This document shows positions 1-9,916 of a stretch of DNA of 64,000 nt, one piece after another. The first letter of the stretch is position 1. Every line of letters begins with the position of its first letter. This DNA is from the human T2T-CHM13v2.0 reference genome, Homo sapiens. The position numbers were made by a program, and so were the translations under genes. Under the pieces are notes generated by a model. The model searched no databases. It was not told the origin of the DNA and worked only from the letters and a program-made list of their open reading frames with translations. Location: NCBI RefSeq assembly GCF_009914755.1, contig NC_060943.1. The stretch is one strand, 5' to 3'.

Positions 1-166
1 GTGGAAAAAGAAATATCTTCACATAAAAACTAGACAGAAGCATTCTCAGAAACTACTTTGTGATGATTGCATTCAACTCAGAGAGTTAAACATTTCTTTT
101 GCTAGAGCAGTTTTGAAACACTGTTTTTGTAGAATCTGCAAGTGGATATTTTGACCGCTTTTTGTC

Positions 167-3100
167 CTTCGTTGGAAACGGGAATATCTTCACAAAAAAA
201 CTGGACAGAAGCATTCTCAGAAACATCCTTGTGATGTGTGCATTCAACTCACAGAGTTGAAACTTCCTTTTGATGAGCAGTTTTGAAATACTCTTGTTGT
301 AGTATCTGCAACTGTATATTTGGAGTGCTTTGAAACCTTCGTTGGAAACGGGAATATATTCACATGAAAACTGACAGAAGGATTCTCAGAAACTTCCTTG
401 TGATGGGTGCATTCAACTCACAGAGTTGAACCTTCCATTTGTTAGAGCAGTTTTGAAACTTCTTTTTGTAGTATCTGCAAGTGTATATTTGGAGTGCTTT
501 GAAGCCTTCATTGGAAACGGGAATATATTCACATAAAAACTAGACAGTTGCATTCTCAGAAACTACTTTGTGATGTGTGCATTCAACCCACAGAGTTGAA
601 CCTTCCCTTTGATAGAGCAGTTTTGAAACACTCTTTTTGTAGAATCTACACATGGATATTTGGATCCCTTTAATGCCTGTGGTAGAAAAGGAAATTTCTT
701 TATATAAAAACTAGAAAGAAGCATTCTCAGAATTTTGTTTCTGATGTGTGCACTCAACGCACAGATTTTAACCTTTCTTTTGATAGAGCAGTTTTGAAAC
801 ACTATTTTTGTAGAATCTGCAAGTGGATATTTTGACTGCTTTGAGGAATTCATTGGAAACGGGAATATCGTCAGATAAATACCAGACAGAAGCATTTTCA
901 GAAACTTTATTGTGATGTTTGCATTCAACTCACAGAGTTGGACCTTTCTTTTCATAGAGCAGTTTTGAAACACTCCTTTTGTAGATCTACAAGAGGATGA
1001 TTTGACCGCTTGGTGTCCTTTGTTGGAAAAATGAATGTCTTCAAATAAAAACTGGACAGAGGCATTCTCAGAGGCTTCCTTGGGATGTGTGCTTTCAACT
1101 CACTGAGTTGAACCTTCCTTTTGGTAGACCAGTTTTGAAACACTCTTTAAGAGGTATCTGCAAGTGTATATTTGGAGTGCTTTGAAGCCTTCGTTGGAAA
1201 CGGGATTATATTCACATAAAAACTAGAAAGAAACATTCTCAGAAACTTCCTTGTGATGTGTGCATTCAACTCACAGAGTTGAAAATTCCTTTTGATAGAG
1301 CAGATTTGAAACACTCTTTTTGTAGTATCTGCAAATGTATATTTGGAGTGCTTTGAAGCCTTCATTGGAAACCGGAATATATTCAAATAAAAACTACACA
1401 ATTGCATTCTCAGAAACTTCTTTGTGATGGGTGCATTCAACTCACAGAGTTGAACCTTCCTTTTGATAGAGCAGTTTTGAAACACTGTTTTTTTGTTTTT
1501 AGCAATGTATCAAATAATCTATTTTTTCAATGCATGTTTATGTTAACATAACAAAAGTCATATTGCATTTATTAATTTTACACTGTTTTTATCAATGATT
1601 GCCATAAATATTTGTTTGTTAAGTTCTTTGTGAATATTTTTAATTGTGTGTATTTTATTAATCATAATACATTCATGCATTTTCTCCTTGTTTGAATTTT
1701 ACTTTGTATCCAAATTTTGTCAGTATGAAAAATGATGCAAACAAAAATATTCTTTTGCAAACATTTTGCCTGTATGTCTGGTTATCTTATTTCTTAAACT
1801 ACTAATACAGCTTAAGCTGCATTCCCGAAGCTATTTATATAGATTACCAACTATGTCTGAAAAATAGAACTAATATTTAAAATTTAGAATGATTTTCTAT
1901 ACATTTGATATTAGCCAAAAGACCTATACATAAATGGAAATTCTCGTTCCCAGTTAATAGTTTCTGGCTTCACAGTGAAACACTCTTTTTGTAGAATCTG
2001 CAACTGGATATTTCTGGTGGAGAGAAGCCTTCATTGGAAACGGGAATATCTCCACGTAAAAAATAGACAGAAGCATTCTCAGGAACTTCTTTGTGATGTG
2101 TGCATTCAACTTATAGAGATGAACCTTCCTTTTGATAGAGCAGATTTGAAGCACTCTTTTTGTAGAATATGCAAGCGGATATTTGGAGTGCTTTGAAGCC
2201 TTCATTGGAAACGGGAATATCTTCACTTAAAAAGTAGACAGAAGGATTCTGAGAAACTACTTCGTGATGATTGCATTCAAATCACAGAGTTGAACACTCC
2301 TTTTGATAGAGCAGTTTTGAAACACTCTTTTTGTAGAATCTACACGTGAATATTTGGATCCCTTTAAGTCCTCTGGTAGAAAGGGAAATTTCTTTATGTA
2401 TAAACTAGAAAGAAGCATTCTCATAATCTAGTTTCTGATGTGTGCATTCAACGCACATATTTTAACCTTTCTTTTGATAGAGCAGTTTTGAAACACTATT
2501 TTTGTAGAATCTCCAAGTGGATATTTTGACTGCTTTGAGGAATTCATTGGAAAAGGGAATATCATCACATAAATACCAGACAGAAGCATTCTCAGAAACT
2601 TCTTTGTGATGTTTGCATTCAACTCACAGAGTTGGACCTTTCTTTTCATAGAGCTGTTTTGAAACACTCTTTTAGTTGAATCTGCAATTGGATATTTGGA
2701 GCGCTTTGAGGTCTATGGAAGAAAAAGAAATATCTTCAAATAAAAACTAGACAGAAGAATTCTGAGAAACCAGATAGTGTTGTGTGCTTACAACTCACAG
2801 AATTTAACCTTTCTTTTGATAGAACAGCTTTGAAAAACTCTTTTTGTAGGACCTGCAAGTGGATAATTGGAGTGATTTGAAGCCTTCGTTGGAAACGGGA
2901 ATATCTTCACCTAAAAACTAGACAGAATCATTCTCAAAAACTACTTTGTGATGTGTACATTCAACTCACAGAGTTAACCTGTCTTTTGACAGAGAAGTTT
3001 TGAAACTCTCTTAATGTAGAATCTGCAAGTGGACATTTGGAGCACTTTGAGGGCTATGGTGGAAAAGGAAATATCTTCACCTAAAAACTAGACAGAAACA

Positions 3101-5461
3101 TTCTCAGAAAATACTTTGTGATGTTTGCATTCAACTCACACTGTTAAACATTTCTTTTGCTAGAGCAGTTTTGAAACACTCTTTTTGTAGAATCTGCAAG
3201 TGGATATTTTGACCGCTTTTTGTCCTTCATTGGAAACGGGTATATCTTCACATTAAAAACTTGACAGAAGCATTCTCAGAAACTTCCTTGGGATGTGTGC
3301 ATTCAACTCACAGAGTTGAAACTTCCTTTTGATAGAGTAGTTTTGAAACACTCTTTTAGAGTATCTGCAAGTGTATATTTGGAGTGCTTTGAAGCCTTCG
3401 TTGAAAACGGGAATATATTCACATGAAAACTAGACAGAATAATTCTCAGAAACTTCATTGTGATCTGTCCATTCAACTCACAGAGTTGAACCTTCCTTTT
3501 GATAGAGCAGTTTTGAAACACTCTTTTTGTAGAATCTGCAAGTAGCTAATTAGAGTAATTTGAAGTCTTCATTGGAAAAGGCTATATCTTCATATAAAAA
3601 TTAGACAGTTGAATTCTCAGAAACTTCTTTGTGATGTGTGCACTCAAATCAGAGAGTTCAACCTTCCTTTTGATAGAGCAATTTGGAAACACTCTTTTTG
3701 TTCAATCTGCAAGTGGGTATTTTTAGTGGAGAGGAGCCTTCGTTGGAAACGGGAATATGTTCACATACAAACTGGACAGAAGCATTCCAAGAAACTTCCT
3801 TGTGATGTGTGCATTCAACTCACAGAGTTGAACCTTCCTTTTGATAGAGCAGTTTAGAAATACTCTTTTAGTACTATTTGCAAGTGTGTATTTGTAGTGC
3901 TTTGAAGCCTTCGTTGGAAACGGGAATTTATTCACAAGAAAACTAGACAGAAGCTTTCTTAGAAACTTCCTTGTGATGTGTGCATTCAACTCACGGTGTT
4001 GAACCTTCCTTTTAATACAGCAGTTTTGAAACACTCTTTTTGTAGAATCTGCAAGTGCATATTTTGACCGCTTGATGTCCTTCATTGGAAACGGGAATGT
4101 CTTCACATAAAAACTGGACAGATGCATTCTCAGAAACTTACTTGTGATGTGAGTTCAACTCACAGAGTTGAACATTCCTTTTGATAGAGGACATTTGAAA
4201 CACTTTTTTTGTACTATCTGCAGTTGGATATTTGGAGTGCTTGGAAGCCCTCGTTGGAAACGAGAATATATTCACTTGAAAACTAGACAGAAGCATTCTC
4301 AGACACTTCCTTGTGATGTGTGCATTCAACTCACAGAGTTGAACCTTCCTTTTGATAGAGCAGTTTTGAAATACTCTTTTTGTAGAATATGCAAGTGGAT
4401 ATTTGGAGTGCTTTGAAGCCTTCGTTGGAAACGGGAATATCTTCACATAAAAAGTAGTCAGAAGGATTCTCAGAAACTACTTTGTGATGGATGCATTAAA
4501 CTCATATCTTTAAACACTCTTTTTGATAGAGCAGTTTTGAAACAAACTTTTTGTAGAATCTACACGTGGATATTTGGATCCCTTTAATGCCTCAGGTAGA
4601 AAAGGCAATTTCTTTGTATAACAACTAGAAAGAAGCATACTCTTAAACTCGTTTCTGATGTGTGCATTTAACCCACTGATTTTAACCTTTCTTTTGACAG
4701 AGCAGTTTTGAAACACTCTTTTTGTAGAATCTGCAAGTGGATATTTTGACAGGTTTGAGGAATTCGTTGGAAACGGGAATATCTTCACATAAATACCAGA
4801 CTGGAACATTCTCAGAAACTACTTTGTGATATTGGCATTCAACTCACAGAGTTTAACCTTTCTGTTCAAAGAGGAGTTTTGAAACACTCCTTTGGTAGAA
4901 TCTGCAATTGTTTATTTGGAGAGATTTCAGGCCTATTGAAGCAAAGGAAGTATCTTCATATAAAAACTAGACAGAAGCATTCTCAGGAGCTAATTTGTGA
5001 TGTGTGCTTACAACTCACAGAATTTATTCTTTCTTTTGATAGAGTGGTTTTGAAACACTCTTTTAGTAGGATCTGCAAGTGGATAATTGGAGTGCTTTGA
5101 AGCCTTCTTTGGAAACGGTAATATCATCACTTAAAAACTAGACAGAAGCATTCTCAAAAGCTACTTTGTGATGTGTGCATTCAACTCACAGAGTTTAACT
5201 TATCTTTTGACCGAGCAGTTTTGAAACACCCTTATTGTAGAATCTGCAAGTGGACATTTGGAGCACTTTGAGGACTATGGTGGAAAAGGAAACATCTTCA
5301 CATAAGAACTAGACAGAAGTATTCCCAGAAAGTTCTTGTGATGTTTGCATTCAACTTAGAGAGTTAAACATTTCTTTTGGTAGAGCAGTTTTGCAACACT
5401 CTTTTTGTAGAATCTGCAAGGGGATAATTTGACCGCTTTGTGTCGTTCGTTGGAAACGGGA
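167..5461 (+). promoter_or_regulatory. Cluster of intact 17-bp CENP-B boxes
   Basis: Matches to NTTCGNNNNANNCGGGN, mostly CTTCGTTGGAAACGGGA, start at 167, 337, 1189, 2884, 3396, 3738, 3909, 4420, 4762 and 5445. Counted by eye. Confidence 0.85.
1478..1990 (-). mobile_element. ~490-bp non-alphoid AT-rich insertion with 15-bp target-site duplication and short degenerate poly(A): probable L1-mediated retroposed fragment
   Basis: Direct repeats TGAAACACTGTTTTT (1478-1492) and TGAAACACTCTTTTT (1976-1990) flank unrelated sequence. The T-rich tract at 1488-1500 is an A-tail on the minus strand. The monomer resumes in register after the insert. The insertion is certain; the mechanism is inferred. Confidence 0.65.
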
Positions 5462-6682
5462 ATATCTTCACATAAAAACTGGACAGAAGCATTCTCAGAA
5501 AGTTCCTTGTGATGTGTGCATTCAACTCACAGAGTTGAACCTACCTTTTGATAGAGCAATTTGAAACACTCTTTTTGTAGTGTCTGCAAGTGTATATTTG
5601 GAGTGCTTTGAAGCCTTCTTTGGAAAAGGGAATATATTCACATAAAAACTAGACAGAAGCATTCTCAGAAACGTACTTTTGATGTGTGCATTCAACTCCC
5701 AGAGTTGAACCTTCCTTTTGATAGAGCAGTTTTGAAATACTCTTTTTGTAGAATCTTCAAGTGGATATTTCTTGTGGTTAGAAGCCTTCATTGGAAACGG
5801 GAATATCTCCACATAAAAACTTGACAGAAGCATTCTCAGAAACTCCTTTTTGATGTGTGCATTCAACTCACAGAGTTGAACCTTCCTTTTGATAGAGCAG
5901 TTTTGAAACACTCTTTTTGTAGAATATGCAAGTGGATATTTGGAGAGCTTTGAAGCCTTCGTTGGAAACGAGAATATATTCACATGAAAACTAGACAAAA
6001 GCATTGTCAGAAACTTCCTTGTGATGTGTGCATTCAACTCACAGAGATGAACCTTCCTTTTGATAGAGCAGTTTTAAAACACTCTTTTTGTAGTATCTGC
6101 AAGTGTATATTTGGATCGCTTTGAAGAATTCATTGGAAACGGGAATATATTCACATAAAAACTAGATAGAAGCATTCTCAGTAACTTCCTTTTGATGTGT
6201 GCATTCAACTCACAGAGTTGAAGCTTCCTTTTGATGGAGCAGTTTTGAAACAGATTTTGTGTAGAATCAGCTAGTGGATAACTGTAGTACTTTGAAGCCT
6301 TCATTGGAAACGGGTATATCTTCACATAAAAAAGACAGATGGATTCTCAGAAGAGTGTTTGTGATGTGTGCATTCAACTCACAGAGTTGAACCTTCCTTT
6401 TAATAGAGCAGTTTTGAAACACTCTTTTTGTAGAATATGCAAGTGGATATTTCTGATGGTCAGAAGCCTTCCTTGGAAACCAGAATAGCTCCACATAAGA
6501 ACTAGATAGAACTATTCTCAGATACTTCCTTGTGATGTGTGCATTCAACTTACAGAGTTGAATCTTCCTTTTGATAGAACAGTTTTGAAACACTCTTTTT
6601 GTACAATATGCAAGTAGATATTTGGAGTGCTTTGAAGCCTCAGTTGGAAACGGGAATATCTTCACATAAAAAGTAGACAGAA
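2230..6682 (+). repeat. Two degenerate ~2,220-bp (13-monomer) higher-order units
   Basis: GGATCCCTTTAA at 2356 and 4576; GTTAAACATTTCTTTTG at ~3143 and ~5363; AAAAGTAG(A/T)CAGAAGGATTCT at ~2230, ~4450 and ~6669. The first ~7 monomers match in register; the latter part matches less well. Confidence 0.55.
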
Positions 6683-9600
6683 GGATTCTCAGAAACTAAT
6701 TTGTGATGTGTGCATTCAACTCACAGAGTTGAACACTCCTTTTGATAGAGCAGTTTTGAAACAGTCTTTTTATAGTATCTGTCAGTGGATATTTGGAACG
6801 ATTTGAGGCATGTGATGGAAGAGGAAATACCTACACATACAAACTAGACAGAAGCATTCTCAGAAACTGCTTTGTGATGTGCGCACTGAACTCAAAAAGT
6901 TGAACCTTCCTTTTGAGAGAGCAGTTATGAAACAGTCTTTTTGTAGTATCTGCAAGTGGATATTTGGAGAGATTTGAAGCTTGTGATGGAAAAGGGAATA
7001 TCTTCACATAAAAAATAGAAAGAAGCATTCTCAGAATCTGCTTCGTGGTGTGTGCATTCACCTCATAGAGTGGAACCCTTCTTTTAATAGAGCAGTTTTG
7101 AAACAGTCTTTTTGAAGAATCTGCAAGTGTTCTTTTGGAGCGCTTTGAAGCCTACGGTAGAAAAGAAAATATCTTCACATAAAAACAAGATAGAAGCATT
7201 CTCAGGAACTTCTTTGAGATGTGTGCATTCAACTAAAAGAGTTGAATCCCTCTTTTGATAGAGCAGTATTGAAATACTGCTTTTGTAGAATCTGCTGGCG
7301 GATATTTTCAACTCCTTGAGGAATTCATTGGAAACGGATATCTTCACTTAAAAACTAGACCCAAGCCATCTCAGAAAGTTGTTTGTGATGTGTGCATTCA
7401 ACTCACAGACTTGAACCTTTCTTTTGAAAGAGCAGTGTGGAAACACACTTTTTGTAGAATCTGCAAGTGTTCATTTGGAGCGCATTGTTGCCTATAGTGG
7501 AAAAAAAAATCTTCACATAAAAACAAGACACAAGCATTCTCAGAAACTCCTTTGTGATGTGTGTGTTCAATTCACAGAGTTGAACCTTTCTTTTGATAGA
7601 GCAGTATTGAAACACTGTTTTTGTAGAATCTGCTTATGGATATTTGGAGTTCTTTGAGGAATTCGTTGTAAACGGGGTATCTTCACATTCAAACTAGACA
7701 GAAGCATTCTCAGAAACTACTTCTTGATGTGTGCCTGCAACTCATAGAGCTGAATCTTCTTTTGAGAGAGCAGTTTTGAAACAGTCTTTTCGTAGCATGT
7801 GCAAGTGGATATTTGGAGCGATTCAAGTCATATGAGGAAAAGGAAATATCTACACATACAAACTAGACAGAAGAATTTTCAGAAACTGCTTTGTATGTGT
7901 GCATTCAACTCACAGGGTTGAGCCTTTCTTTTGATAGAGCAGTGCTGAAACACACTTTTTGTAGAATCTGCAATTGTTCATTTTTAGCGCTTTGGGGCCC
8001 ATGGTGGAAAAGGAAATATCTTCACCTAAAAATTAGACAGAAGCATTCTCAGAAACAACTTTGTGATGTGTGTTTTCAATTCACAGAGTTGAACCTTTCT
8101 TTTCGTAGAGCAGTATTGAAACACTGTTTTTGTAGAATCTGCTTGTGGATATTTTGAGTTATTTGAGGAATTCGTTGTAAATGGGATATCTTCACATTCA
8201 AACTAGACAGAAACATTCTCAGAAACTGCTTCTTGATGTGTGCCTTCAACTCATAGAGCTGAACCTTCCTTTTGAGAGAGCAGTTTTGAAACAGTCTTTT
8301 TGTAGTATCAGCAAGAGGATATTTGGAGCGATTTGAGTCATATGAGGAAAAGGAAATATCTACACATAAAAACTAGACAGAGGAATTCTCAGAAACTGCT
8401 TTGTGTTGTGTGCATTCAACTCACAGAGTTGAGCCTTTCTTTTGATAGAGCAGTGCTGAAGCACACTTTTTGTAGAATCTGCAATTGTTCATTTATAGCG
8501 CTTTGGGGCATATGGTGGAAAAGGAAATATCTTCACATGAAAACTAGACAGATGCATTCTCAGAAACACCATTGTGATATGCGTTTTCAATTCACAGAGT
8601 TGAACCTTTCTTTTGATAGAGCACTTTTGAAACACTGCTTTTTAAGGATCTCCTAGTGGATATTTGGAGCTCTTTGAGGAATTCCTTGTAAACGTGGTAA
8701 CTTCACATACACGCTAGACAGAAGCATTCTCAGAAACTGCTTTGTGATGTGTGCACTCAACTCACAAAGTTGAACCTTCCTTTTGAGAGAGAAGATTTGA
8801 AACAGTCTTTTTGTACTATCTGCAAGTGTATATTTTGAGTGATTTGAGGCTTATGATGGGAAAAGAAATATCTTCACATAAACACTAGTCAGAATCATTC
8901 TCAGAAACTGCTTTGTGATGTGTGCATTCACCTCACAGAGTGGAACACTTCTTTTCATATAGCAGTTTTGAAACAGTCCTTTTGTAGAATCTGCAACTGT
9001 TCATTTGGAGTGCTTTGAAGCCTATGGTGGAAAAGGTAATATATTCACATAAAAACTAGACAGAAGCATTCTCAGGAACTACTTTGAGATGTTTGCATTC
9101 AACTAAAAGAGATGAATCTACCTTTTCAAAGAGCAGTATTAAAATAATCTTTTTTCAGAATCTGCTTGTGTATATTTGGAACTCTATGAGGAATATGTTG
9201 GAAACAGTTCCCTTCACATAATATATAGACAGAAGCATTCTCAGAAACTGCTTTGTGATGTGTGCATTTATCTCACTGAGTGTAACCCTTCTTTTCATAG
9301 AGCAGTTTGGAAACAGTCTTTTTGTAGAATCTGCAAGTGTTCATTTGGAGCGCTTTGGGGTGTAAGGTGGAAAAGAAAATATTTTCATATAAAAAACAGA
9401 CATAAGCTTTCTCAGAAACACCTTTGTGATCCGTGTGTTCAATTCAGAGTTGAAACTTTCTTTTGATAGAGCTGTTTTGAAAAACTGCTGTTAAAGTTTC
9501 TACTAGTGGATACCTGGAGCTCTTTGAGTTAATCTCTGTAAACAGGATACCTTCACATGAAAACTAGACAGAAGCATTCTCAAACACTGCTTTGTGATGA

Positions 9601-9916
9601 GCGCATTCATCTCACAGAGTTGAACCGTTCTTTGGATAGAGCAGTTTTGAAAGAGTCTTTTTGAAGTATCTGCAAGTGGATATTTGGAGCGATTTGAGGC
9701 ATAAGACGGAAAAAGAAATATCTTCACATACAAACTAGACAGAGGCATTCTCAGAAACTGCTTTGTGATGTGTGCATTCAACTCACAGACTTGAACCTTT
9801 CTTTTGATAGAGCAGTGTTGAAACACACATTTTGAAGAATCTGCTTGTGGATATTTGGAGCGATTAGAGGCCTATGAAGGAAAAGGAAATATCTTCACCT
9901 ATAAACTAGACAGAAG
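6683..9916 (+). repeat. Divergent transition layer: same five monomer classes as the downstream HOR, without a fixed HOR
   Basis: New diagnostic motifs appear here (GTGTTCATTTGGAG, CACCTCACAGAGTGGAAC, CAGGAACTTC..GAGATG, GAGGAATTCGTTGTAAACGGG, GAGAGAGCAG) and persist downstream. These monomers have no near-identical copies in the HOR array, except the last one (~9747-9916). Confidence 0.75.

Larger units (their letters stand above)
1..6682 (+). repeat. Divergent alpha satellite layer rich in B-type (CENP-B box) monomers, irregular A/B order (SF5/R1-R2-like)
   Basis: Most monomers carry CTTC(G/A)TTGGAAACGGGAAT, often in consecutive monomers, with only occasional A-type CTATGGTGGAAAAGGAAAT. 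Neighbouring monomers visibly diverge. The SF5 label is inferred from the irregular A/B pattern. Confidence 0.7.

Noticed and set aside
1501-1975. Calling the insert a named Alu/L1 element, gene or ncRNA
   Set aside because: No recognisable Alu or L1 consensus motifs, no internal ORF and no evident RNA structure. It cannot be named without a database search.
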